Origin: Ekhidna sp.
GTDB taxonomy: Bacteria > Bacteroidota > Bacteroidia > Cytophagales > Cyclobacteriaceae
DNA: 64,000 bases
Direction of reading: 5' to 3'
Assembly (NCBI RefSeq): GCF_965227465.1
Contig: NZ_OZ245746.1
Span: 1,658,365 to 1,722,364, forward strand
Numbering within the stretch: the stretch's first letter is position 1; each line of letters starts with the position of its first letter. Below the pieces are notes generated by a model. The model saw only the letters and a program-made list of their open reading frames with translations. It ran no database searches and had not been told where the DNA came from. Both the position numbers and the translations under genes were made by a program. Shown here one piece after another: positions 19,579 to 28,165 of the stretch.

Positions 19579-21196
19579 GTATGTATTGCTTTAATTTTTT
19601 ATAGACGTTCTGGTTCGTTTCCGGATCAGTAAAAACCTCCAAAACCTTCGCTGTTTTGCTTGAATCATAAAAGGAATTTAAATGCGCTGCTAGTGATTTA
19701 TCATCACTGGCTGTCAGATAGGTAATTCCATTTTCAGCGCAAATATATTCTGCTGTTCGATTATGCCGTGTTTCAAAATAGTCTTCAAGCTCTGGTAAGT
19801 TGGCAGGACCATCAATTAACCGGAAGATTCCACCGCCTTGGTTGTTCAGAATAATAATCCGGAAGTTTGGCAAGGCATAATTATGAAATAATGCATTTCG
19901 ATCGTAGAGGAAGGCCAGATCTCCTGTAATCAGGATATTCATTTTATCTGATACCAGGCTGGAGCCGACTGCTGTTGAAGTGCACCCGTCAATGCCGCTT
20001 GTTCCCCGATTGCTTAAACAATGAACGCCTTCTTTGACTCCAAATAGATCGGCATAACGAACTGGCATAGAGTTACTTAAATGCAAGACAGAATCCTTTG
20101 GAAGGGATTGAAGAATGTCAAAAGCGGCTTTACTTTCACTATGGTTTACTCCGGTAAGAAACGACTTCACGCTTTCCTTAGCTTTGATTTCCAACGTACG
20201 CCATACGGTCAAATAGCCCCGATCTGCATGAGCGAATTGATGTTCATTTAGTGATTCCCATAAAAATTGACCTATTATAGCTGGGTTTGTTTGATAGGTA
20301 TCTACTTCTACACTAGCAGGATCAAAATGCAGGTGTTTGTCAGGTTTATGATGTCGAAGGAAATTCTTAAGTTTCTTTGACAATACGGATAAACCACTGG
20401 TTATTAAGAGGTCAGGCTTAAGGTCAGATTGGCTGTTTATAAAAGCATCAACATGCTCAACCCCCTCACTTAGGTTATTAAGTGGCGATCTGATAACCGG
20501 GACCAATTTTGAGATCTTTGAAACCCAGTCGGCTAATTGCTGATCGGGTTCATGCTGACCGATAAGTACTACAATCTTTTTGTAGCCTGAGATGTCAATG
20601 TTTTGTTGATCAGTCTTTATTTGATCCCGTTCCTTTATTTCAACCTGCCCATATTCCAATACCTGGTCGATAGCTGGATAGAAGGGCTCCTTAAACGGTA
20701 TATTAACATGTACCGGCCCATATGGTGGTGTGACAGACTTCTCAAGTGCCTCAATTAGCTTTTGTTGATATTCCTGAGATTGTTTCCCATTAGAAACTAC
20801 CGGAAGACCATACGTGTGTTTAACGTGATTCTGGAGCGAATCAAGCTGTCGTATGGTTTGACCATCACGCTGATCGATCAATTCAGGCGGACGATCGGCT
20901 GAAATAACGATCAGTGGAATTTCCCTGTAATAGGCCTCTGCTATTGCTGGAGCATAGTTGAGTAGTGCTGACCCACTTGTACAGCAAAGTACAACCGGGG
21001 ATTTTGTCAGCTGAGCTATTCCCAGAGCCACAAAACCAGCAGCGCGCTCATCAGGAATAATCCTCTTGCTAATACCCTCGTGCCTGGCAAAAGAAATCGT
21101 TAAAGGTGCATTTCTGGAGCCCGGAGACATCACCGCATGGGTGACACCAAGCTGGAAACAAATCTGTGCAGTGTTGTAAACAGTAGGATGGAGCAC
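19559..21196 (-). CDS. menD: SEPHCHC synthase
   Basis: SPGSRNAPL, DERAAGF, CTSGSA, NRGTSGIDG and GDLAFLYD..N.GGGIF. Confidence 0.95.
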   Translation of the reverse strand: MLHPTVYNTAQICFQLGVTHAVMSPGSRNAPLTISFARHEGISKRIIPDERAAGFVALGIAQLTKSPVVLCCTSGSALLNYAPAIAEAYYREIPLIVISADRPPELIDQRDGQTIRQLDSLQNHVKHTYGLPVVSNGKQSQEYQQKLIEALEKSVTPPYGPVHVNIPFKEPFYPAIDQVLEYGQVEIKERDQIKTDQQNIDISGYKKIVVLIGQHEPDQQLADWVSKISKLVPVIRSPLNNLSEGVEHVDAFINSQSDLKPDLLITSGLSVLSKKLKNFLRHHKPDKHLHFDPASVEVDTYQTNPAIIGQFLWESLNEHQFAHADRGYLTVWRTLEIKAKESVKSFLTGVNHSESKAAFDILQSLPKDSVLHLSNSMPVRYADLFGVKEGVHCLSNRGTSGIDGCTSTAVGSSLVSDKMNILITGDLAFLYDRNALFHNYALPNFRIIILNNQGGGIFRLIDGPANLPELEDYFETRHNRTAEYICAENGITYLTASDDKSLAAHLNSFYDSSKTAKVLEVFTDPETNQNVYKKLKQYIHERIKD

Positions 21197-21447
21197 TAAT
21201 CGTGATTAAACTTTGGATTAAATGATCGCTTACTTTCTTTCATCCGCTTTTTACCAATTTGAAAGAATAAGATTGAGCCCAAAATCGGAAAGAGAATGAC
21301 CAAAATAAGCCAGGGTGCGGGGCTCTCATGGCTGTTTCTACTTAGTCTTATAATATCAATGAGTGCCCAAACCCAAAGCACAACCGCCACCCAAAAAAGG
21401 CCACCTAAAAGCATCATCGTTCGATTGCTGAATTCAATCAGTTCCAT
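21196..21447 (-). CDS. PLDc N-terminal-domain small membrane protein
   Basis: LWVWALIDI...W.LVIL.FPILGSILFF motif. Confidence 0.75.
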   Translation of the reverse strand: MELIEFSNRTMMLLGGLFWVAVVLWVWALIDIIRLSRNSHESPAPWLILVILFPILGSILFFQIGKKRMKESKRSFNPKFNHD

Positions 21448-21452
21448 ATCAA

Positions 21453-22607
21453 TTATAGCTTAGATTTTAAAATATTCATTTTCAGTTCAGTCTCTTCAAA
21501 TTCCTTGTGAGGATCTGAGTCTTCAGTGATACCCGCACCTGCAAAAAACCTCACTTGACCCTGGTCTATTTTCATGCACCTGAGGTTCACAAATAGATCG
21601 GTCGAACGTTCAACATTAACCGGACCAAGAAAGCCTGAATAAAACGCTCTGTCATAATTTTCTTCTTGCTGAATCCATGGCTTGGTATGTTCGATTGGCA
21701 TGCCACAGACTGCAGAGGTAGGATGCAACAGGTGAAGCATTTGATCCGCAAGCTCATCAAAATCTACTTCTGCATAATCAACGATGAATTCAGTCTTTAG
21801 ATGGGCCAGATTACCCGCCTGGATGGTTTTGGGCCCATGCTCATGAAATTCCCTTAAACGGATTTTTTTAAAGCAATTGATGATGTACCTGCTTACTAAT
21901 GCCTGTTCTTCAATCTCCTTTTGCGTCCAGGCAATCTCACTTAATTTATTGCCATTCGTCAGCGCTTTAGTGCCGGCAAGAGCCACAGTCTTAAACCGAT
22001 CGGTATCATTGGAAATCAGCAACTCAGGAGTAGCTCCTATCCAAAGTCCCTTTTCAGGAATATGCGTGATGCTACAAAAGGCATTCTCATATTTATCAGC
22101 AATAGATTCAAAAAATGACCAGGTCGTGAAGTTTGAAGGGAGTGGCTCATCACGGTAACGAGACAAGACTACCTTTTCGAAAGTGCCTTTTTCTATTTCA
22201 TCTAGTGCTTTACGAACAGATTTCTGGTATTCGCTTGATCCTGTTTCTTGCGCTACAGTTTTCTTAGTTGTCGGTTTACTAATTTGTATTCGTTCTTTGA
22301 ACGCATCAATTTCAGAATCCTGAACACTTGGACTTAGGGTAACCTTATCCGATTTGATCATGATATCGGCCTGGATGTAAAAAGGCTTAACCGGATGATT
22401 ATCAGCGTATTGATTAATAAGAAACCCGCTGTTTAGATCTTGGAGTTGAAATTCCTCCAGTTGCTCAACTTCTTTTAGGGAAATAAGCATATTGATTTCC
22501 GACTGTTGAGGCATCCGCCAGATTGCAAATGCATAACCGACCGCTTGAAGCTGATCGACCAAACGCTCCGGTTTACTCAGTTTTAATATGCTTAATAATT
22601 CTGTCAC
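21453..22607 (-). CDS. menF: Isochorismate synthase (chorismate-binding protein)
   Basis: KVVLSR, GATPELL, TVALAGT, KEIEEQ, LHPTSAVCG, NLRC and AGAGI...SDP..E..ET. Confidence 0.9.
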   Translation of the reverse strand: MTELLSILKLSKPERLVDQLQAVGYAFAIWRMPQQSEINMLISLKEVEQLEEFQLQDLNSGFLINQYADNHPVKPFYIQADIMIKSDKVTLSPSVQDSEIDAFKERIQISKPTTKKTVAQETGSSEYQKSVRKALDEIEKGTFEKVVLSRYRDEPLPSNFTTWSFFESIADKYENAFCSITHIPEKGLWIGATPELLISNDTDRFKTVALAGTKALTNGNKLSEIAWTQKEIEEQALVSRYIINCFKKIRLREFHEHGPKTIQAGNLAHLKTEFIVDYAEVDFDELADQMLHLLHPTSAVCGMPIEHTKPWIQQEENYDRAFYSGFLGPVNVERSTDLFVNLRCMKIDQGQVRFFAGAGITEDSDPHKEFEETELKMNILKSKL

Positions 22608-23041
22608 TTCTTATGCGCTAAAATAGCCATTGTTATCCGACTGATGGCTACCAACTCATTGTCGTCATTATGCACCTTAATTTCCCAGACATGTGTCCCA
22701 CGTCCCAGGTGTATGGGTTTTGCTGTACCCGTAACGAGACCACTTCGTGCCGACTTTATGTGATTGGCATTGATTTCCAATCCAACCGCATATGCTTCAT
22801 TCAGATCAATACATACGGTAGCTCCTACACTTCCCATGGTTTCTGCCAACGCTACAGACGCTCCTCCATGCAACAAACCCATCGGTTGCTTTGTTCGGTG
22901 ATCGACTGGCATGGTGGCTTTTAAGTAATCCGGACCAATTTCGGTGAATTTGATGCCCAGATGCTCAACCATGCAACCCTCTGACATATTGTTTAATGCC
23001 TCGAGTTGGAGGTAATCAGGAAAAATTCGTTCTTTTGCCAT
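22604..23041 (-). CDS. menI: Hotdog-fold thioesterase, DHNA-CoA hydrolase
   Basis: QPMGLLHGGASVALAET and VGLEINANH; position in the men cluster. Confidence 0.8.
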   Translation of the reverse strand: MAKERIFPDYLQLEALNNMSEGCMVEHLGIKFTEIGPDYLKATMPVDHRTKQPMGLLHGGASVALAETMGSVGATVCIDLNEAYAVGLEINANHIKSARSGLVTGTAKPIHLGRGTHVWEIKVHNDDNELVAISRITMAILAHKK

Positions 23042-23069
23042 CTATTTAGCAAACCAAGGTAAACACAGT

Positions 23070-23681
23070 TTGAAAAGCAAGACGATTTTTATACTTAGAC
23101 ACGGAGAGACCGATTTCAATAAGAATGGAATGGTGCAGGGGCGGGGGGTGAATGCCTCCATCAATGAAGCCGGAAAAGAGCAGGCCAGAAAGGCCGGAGC
23201 AACACTAGCGGACATTTCATTCGACCATGTATTTACTTCCGCTTTGATTCGCACAAAAGAAACGGTGGGCCAATTCATTCACAATGGAACACCCGTAACA
23301 TCCCTGGACGGATTTGATGAAATCAGCTGGGGCAATCAGGAAGGAAAAGAAGCTTCATACGATGCGAAAAACCTGTATGCGGATACGGTAAACGGCTGGC
23401 GTAGGGGAGAGCTTCACCTGAATGTGGGAGGGGGAGAAAATCCTATCGAAGTGATGGAACGACAGCAAACAGCAATGCAGCAGGTGTTAGAGACGGATGG
23501 TGAAAATATCCTTATTTGCATGCACGGAAGAGCGATGCGCGTACTATTGAGCTGGACGCTGAACTATCCCCTGAATTTCATGGATGGCTTCCCACATGCC
23601 AATTGCTCCTATTATGTGCTGGGATACCGTGGGAGCTCGTTTTACCTGAAGGATTTTAATAGGGTTGGGCATTTGAGTTGA
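23070..23681 (+). CDS. Histidine phosphatase (phosphoglycerate mutase) family
   Basis: LRHGETDFN, DEISWG, and CMHGR. Confidence 0.9.
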   Translation: MKSKTIFILRHGETDFNKNGMVQGRGVNASINEAGKEQARKAGATLADISFDHVFTSALIRTKETVGQFIHNGTPVTSLDGFDEISWGNQEGKEASYDAKNLYADTVNGWRRGELHLNVGGGENPIEVMERQQTAMQQVLETDGENILICMHGRAMRVLLSWTLNYPLNFMDGFPHANCSYYVLGYRGSSFYLKDFNRVGHLS

Positions 23682-23716
23682 CAGATGACTAAGTAAGGCC
23701 ATACGCTATATTGATT

Positions 23717-23728
23717 GTTGAGAAGCGT
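23717..23728 (-). repeat. attC-like inverse core (R'') directly after the stop of the 23729-24400 gene
   Basis: The - strand reads TAA ACGCTTCTCAAC AATCAATATAG. It is complementary (GTTGA exact, further G-T pairs) to GTTGATGGGTAT just upstream of the same gene. Confidence 0.45.
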
Positions 23729-24400
23729 TTAGTAGGGTTTAAGGTCAGTTCTTCCATTATCAATTATGTATTTTAAGAAATCTCTTCCAAGCCATGTAAT
23801 ATTAACAGTTTGGTCATCATTTATGATAACTAGTTCTTGCTTAATCAAGAAATCAAAGTATTGTTGGTATGGAAAATTTTTAAAAAGTTCTGGATTATTC
23901 TTGGCTGCATTTTCGTAAAAGAATTTCAATGATTCCACAGTCTCACCAGATGCTGAATTAAGATGTATAAGAATTTTTATTTGACTGCCATAAATAAAAT
24001 GGTATACCTGTTCAAAATGATGAACTGCAAGGAGAGCTTTAGAATAATTTATAAGATTGTTCACTTTTTCTGAATCGGTCTTGCATTCTTTGAGACCGCT
24101 CTGATCGTCAACCGCATTGCTAAATCTCATTATTGTATCATCGCTAAACATATGGAGTGCTCGTTCGAGTTGTTCAGCTTTGGTTTTAATATTTTCTTCA
24201 GACGTTTTCGACTCTTTAGTTGAGGCAGTTGAAGGAGATTCTTGAGAAAGTCTACCGGTTGCGTCAATTGAGTTTTTTCCAACACCAATTTTATTGACTC
24301 TGTTAATTAGATCTACTACAGGTTTTCTAAAAATAAGTGCTGCAGCAATGACACTAAGTGGCCATTTCAAAATTTCAAGTATTTCCAATGCTTGTTCCAT
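23729..24400 (-). CDS. Hypothetical cassette-like protein (N-terminal WP/TM anchor, helical C-terminal domain)
   Basis: KWPLSVIAAALIFRKP N-terminus; YGSQI and a C-terminal ITWLGRDFLKYI segment; AT-rich. Confidence 0.8.
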   Translation of the reverse strand: MEQALEILEILKWPLSVIAAALIFRKPVVDLINRVNKIGVGKNSIDATGRLSQESPSTASTKESKTSEENIKTKAEQLERALHMFSDDTIMRFSNAVDDQSGLKECKTDSEKVNNLINYSKALLAVHHFEQVYHFIYGSQIKILIHLNSASGETVESLKFFYENAAKNNPELFKNFPYQQYFDFLIKQELVIINDDQTVNITWLGRDFLKYIIDNGRTDLKPY

Positions 24401-24409
24401 ATACCCATC

Positions 24410-24529
24410 AACTTTGATGTTAACGCCATATGGCGTTAACTACCTTTCAAATATAGTGGTTGTGTCCTTTATCCCGCTATATAGAAGTAAAAGCTCTATA
24501 GGTTATCATCCTTCCGTATGGCCAGCTTT
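24410..24529 (-). repeat. Dispersed ~120-bp structured element, copy A
   Basis: Aligns end to end with 28035-28153. Contains a 22-bp perfect palindrome GTTAACGCCATATGGCGTTAAC, the ATATAGTGG..CCGCTATAT inverted repeat, a - strand TATATTTG box (24448-24455) and a terminal GTT (24412-24410). Confidence 0.9.
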
Positions 24530-24536
24530 CAACGCC

Positions 24537-24560
24537 CATGTTGGTGTTTTCACCAACATG
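24537..24560. repeat. REP-like hairpin upstream of RAYT
   Basis: CATGTTGGTG-tttt-CACCAACATG, an inverted counterpart of 25112-25135. Confidence 0.8.
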
Positions 24561-24578
24561 AAATGGTTAAATTAGAAT

Positions 24579-25100
24579 GTGAATTTCCCTACTGAGCATC
24601 CTCAATTCATCACAATAACTGTTTTCGAGTGGAAGCACTTGCTGAAACCGGATAAGTACAAAGAACTCATTCTGGATAGTCTTGAATTCCTTGTTAAGGA
24701 AAAGAGAGTAGAAGTCTATGGATTTGTGATTATGAGCAATCACTTTCACCTCATTTGGCAGATACAAGAACCTCATAGAAGAGAAGCTGTCCAGCGTGAC
24801 TTTCTTAAATATGTGGCGCAGCAAATAAAGTTTGATCTGATTGATAATCATCCTGAAGTGCTAAAGCATTTTCAGGTAAACAAGCAAGACCGTAAGTGTC
24901 AGTTTTGGAAAAGAAATGCACTTTCGACTGACCTGTATTCTTCGGATGTCCTCACTCAAAAACTTGACTACATCCATGATAATCCTGTCAAGGCTGGTTT
25001 ATGTCAATTGCCTGAGGATTACTATTTTTCCTCAGCTCGATTCTATCTGCAAAACAAGAATGAGTTTGGTTTTTTGTCTCACTATGACGGTGATGAATGA
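24579..25100 (+). mobile_element. REP-associated tyrosine transposase (RAYT/TnpA-REP, Y1 HUH family)
   Basis: QFITIT, YGFVIMSNHFHLI (HUH), FWKR, KLDYIHDNPVKAGL and Y.FSSA; GTG start; flanked by inverted hairpins. Confidence 0.9.
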
Positions 25101-25111
25101 GGTTTATTTAG

Positions 25112-25135
25112 TTTGTTGGTGACAACACCAACAAA
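25112..25135. repeat. REP-like hairpin downstream of RAYT
   Basis: TTTGTTGGTG-acaa-CACCAACAAA, followed by GGCGG that mirrors CGCC before the upstream hairpin. Confidence 0.8.
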
Positions 25136-25169
25136 GGCGGAACCAACTATTATATCTTCTTTTTTACTA

Positions 25170-25610
25170 TCAAAATTCTCTTACAAAACGCACATTGGTA
25201 ATCAACCCGTTTTCAACTTTATAAATAGAAATATACTTGGTCTTTTTGCCATCATTTGTAACCAACTCGTGATTGATTACATAAGGGCCATTTTCCATTT
25301 GATTAACAATTTCAACAGCCACCAATTTATTATCGAAATCTGATTTAAAAATGGAGGCTAATCTATCCGACCCTTTTCCCATTAGCTTATCAGGGTATGT
25401 GTACACTTTCAAATCTGCATGATACAGTTTTATAAACTCATCGTAATTGTTCGCATTGAAAAGGGCCATTCTTTTGTTAACCACTTCCAGTGCAGTCAAA
25501 TTAGATTTCTCTGCTGATGGAGCTGAGGCACTATTTCCGTTTGTATCAGGTTTTTCATTGCACGCTATTATTAGTAGCATCATTAAACCCATAATTTTAA
25601 TTTTTCTCAT
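25170..25610 (-). CDS. SnoaL-like/NTF2-fold lipoprotein
   Basis: Lipobox LIIAC; FNANNYDEFIKLY, VINHE and IYKVENGLI motifs. Confidence 0.8.
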   Translation of the reverse strand: MRKIKIMGLMMLLIIACNEKPDTNGNSASAPSAEKSNLTALEVVNKRMALFNANNYDEFIKLYHADLKVYTYPDKLMGKGSDRLASIFKSDFDNKLVAVEIVNQMENGPYVINHELVTNDGKKTKYISIYKVENGLITNVRFVREF

Positions 25611-25620
25611 TGTCCTGTGT

Positions 25621-26232
25621 TTAGTTATTTGGGAAATCTTTATTATTTAGAATCTGCTTGATCTGTTGTAAATGACGTTCTGAATGTGAAGACATATAGA
25701 GCAAAAGTTGATAGGCATCTGCAGAACCAAAATTCACAAAATGGTTTCTTAAGTCGTCTGTGGTTGTTCTGATATACTCAATATGTTTTTCGCGTTTATC
25801 CTTAAATTCTATTACCGTTAAACTATGATTGCCATACTTTCCGGTTGGCTCAAATTCTTCGGTCGTTTTCGTACTACTGGTGCGATCAGATACATGTGCC
25901 ATCAATTCACTATCGGTAAAGCGTAGGTCCTTCCGTCTTTCCGGATCGGCTGGGAGCTTCAAGGACTCCTCGAGCACGTCAAACATCACATTTTCGAAAA
26001 GAGTAATATGCTCCATGCACTGGGCAATTGACCATGACGATTCGTTACTTTTAAAATTGAGTTGCTCCTCACTTAGGCCATTAATTGTATTGAGTAGGCT
26101 ATCTCTGGAACTTACTAACTCGTTAATAGCAAAATCCCGTTCTTCCTTTGTTAGTTCAGTCCCGGAAGTAGTAGAACATTGTGCGAATAAGATTAGAACA
26201 CCCATTAAAATTATTGTTGGAATTCTGGTCAT
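25621..26232 (-). CDS. DinB family protein with signal/lipoprotein leader
   Basis: GLSEEQLNFK...WSIAQCMEHI and SSHSERHLQQI. Confidence 0.85.
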   Translation of the reverse strand: MTRIPTIILMGVLILFAQCSTTSGTELTKEERDFAINELVSSRDSLLNTINGLSEEQLNFKSNESSWSIAQCMEHITLFENVMFDVLEESLKLPADPERRKDLRFTDSELMAHVSDRTSSTKTTEEFEPTGKYGNHSLTVIEFKDKREKHIEYIRTTTDDLRNHFVNFGSADAYQLLLYMSSHSERHLQQIKQILNNKDFPNN

Positions 26233-26249
26233 TGTTATTGGGTTATAAA

Positions 26250-26777
26250 CTATTTGATTTTTATCATTCTTTGAGTTACACCCTTCTCCATGAGATAGTT
26301 GACCATCTCAGCAGATTCGCCAATTTGCGCATGATGTAGTAAGGTGAGACCATGAGGTCCTTTTGCAAATAATAGCTCAGGGTACGCTTCCAGCGTTGGT
26401 TTCACCAAATCTGTTTTCCCTAGCATGGTTAGTGTAAAAAGGTTGGCTCTGGCGCCTAGAGAAAGTAGATAATTTACAATTTCCTTTTGGCCCAAATGTG
26501 CCGCGCCTTCAATGGCTTCTTCAAAGTCACCATCACCCCAATCATAAGATGCATAAATTAAGTTGGGATGCTCGCTGAGCATTTCTTTGACCAGTTCCAA
26601 TTTGGAATGCCCGGCAATCACAAAACTCTTAACCAATTTTTCATCTAATTGATCCGCTTCTTTTTCTTTCGATTTCATGAGTATGGCGGATGGAACAGCT
26701 ATGGCTGCCCCGAGTCCTACGATTGACCCATAGATAAATTTTTTTCTATTCATAATTATTGAACCTTCCACTATCAT
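26250..26777 (-). CDS. Ankyrin-repeat-like secreted protein (likely start 26753, MNRKKF)
   Basis: Tat-like leader; GAAHLGQKEIVNYLLSLGA and HGLTLLHHA repeats. Confidence 0.75.
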   Translation of the reverse strand: MIVEGSIIMNRKKFIYGSIVGLGAAIAVPSAILMKSKEKEADQLDEKLVKSFVIAGHSKLELVKEMLSEHPNLIYASYDWGDGDFEEAIEGAAHLGQKEIVNYLLSLGARANLFTLTMLGKTDLVKPTLEAYPELLFAKGPHGLTLLHHAQIGESAEMVNYLMEKGVTQRMIKIK

Positions 26778-26876
26778 GCACTAGCTGTGCATAACAAAAT
26801 TGTATGGGACAATAATCAGTGATAAAAGAATTGAAAACTATAAGCAACGTGTTTCCTTGAATGGAAAATAAACGGT

Positions 26877-27878
26877 TTATCCTTTTCTATAGACGGAAGG
26901 CGTTAATCCGGTTTTTTTCTTAAACGCAACATTAAACGAGGTGACGTTTGCAAAACCAGACTCGTAAGCAATGGTGGCTATTTTCTCATTGTCATACTTC
27001 GAATCCTTTAATAGAATTTCGGCTTTTTCGATGCGATACTGATTTACAAATTCGTAAAAATTTTGATCCGTATTTTCATTTATGACCTGCGAGATTTCGC
27101 GGGATTTCACACGTAATTTTTCAGAGACTACATTCAGTGTAAGACCTTCATCCAAATAGGTGTGCTCGGTTTCAAAGAGTTTTTTTACTTTTTGAAAAAG
27201 GATTCCAGAACTCTTTTTATTTAGGTTAGAGCTATCATACTTCTGAAGAGTAAACTTTTGGCGATTTAAAAAAAGATAACTCAAACCATAAATCAACATG
27301 GAGTAAAATATGGGTCCCGTAATGTAGTATACGGTAAAATCGAAAAAATTTCCAACATAGTGAAACCAAATAAGTGTCGCACCAATTAAGATATTTCGAT
27401 ACCACCGGGCGATACTTAGTGATACGTGTAATCGATTTTTATACAGATAAGACCAGGAGAGTATCAGGTAAAATAGTAAATGAAAAACGACAACTCCATA
27501 ATTCCAAAAGGATTCAAAATTTCCCTGCCTTGGCACGAATGGAATTAAAAACAGAAACAAAATGAAAGGTACAAAATGGATGTAATCTCTTAATGTGAAT
27601 GATTTATTTTTCTCAAAGAGCGATAATCCATAAAGCCACAAAGAAGGCGCAGCAAACAAAATTCCTGAAATGCCAATGTTGTTCTGCCAATTCGCCAAAG
27701 GAACATAATGGTTTAGTACAGATTTACCAACCCTAATGGTTAGGCCTAATAAAAACAGAGCTAAAAGAATATTGGATTTCTTGTTTCCTTTTTTGAGTGT
27801 GAATAGATAGAAGCTTAAAAAAAGACCTTGCGCCAAGCCGAGAGATGCCAGAATCAGAATGAGACCATTTGTTAACAT
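26877..27878 (-). CDS. AraC family regulator with N-terminal multi-TM sensor
   Basis: About 7 TM segments, then LTL..VSEKL, NFYEFVNQYRIEKA, IAYESGF and FNVAFKKKTGLTPS.YR. Confidence 0.9.
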   Translation of the reverse strand: MLTNGLILILASLGLAQGLFLSFYLFTLKKGNKKSNILLALFLLGLTIRVGKSVLNHYVPLANWQNNIGISGILFAAPSLWLYGLSLFEKNKSFTLRDYIHFVPFILFLFLIPFVPRQGNFESFWNYGVVVFHLLFYLILSWSYLYKNRLHVSLSIARWYRNILIGATLIWFHYVGNFFDFTVYYITGPIFYSMLIYGLSYLFLNRQKFTLQKYDSSNLNKKSSGILFQKVKKLFETEHTYLDEGLTLNVVSEKLRVKSREISQVINENTDQNFYEFVNQYRIEKAEILLKDSKYDNEKIATIAYESGFANVTSFNVAFKKKTGLTPSVYRKG

Positions 27879-28034
27879 TTATTAGAGGTCCTTAATTTGA
27901 TATAATGGATAGACAATGAAGTGGTGTATTAATAGAAACAAAATTTCAAAATTATATCGACAAGTGCTTTAAAGAACATGTTCCTTTGAATAAAGGTTAC
28001 TATTTATTTATTTATTGTTTTTTAAATGCACTAC

Positions 28035-28153
28035 AACTATAATGTAAACGCCAGGCGTTTATCTATCTTTCAAATATAATGGCTGTGTCGTTTACCCCAC
28101 TATATAGAAGTAAAAGCTCTATTAGGGTATCGCCCTTCCGAATGGCCAGCTTT
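28035..28153 (-). repeat. Dispersed ~120-bp structured element, copy B
   Basis: Same orientation as copy A. Contains TAAACGCC-a-GGCGTTTA, ATATAATGG..CCACTATAT, TATATTTG (28071-28078) and a terminal GTT (28037-28035). Starts 12 nt after the stop of the 28166-28966 gene. Confidence 0.9.
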
Positions 28154-28165
28154 TGGAAAAGCTAT

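Noticed and set aside
21196-21447. PLDc_N mini-gene inside the men operon
   Set aside because: A common small membrane-protein family with no evidence of a link to menaquinone synthesis.
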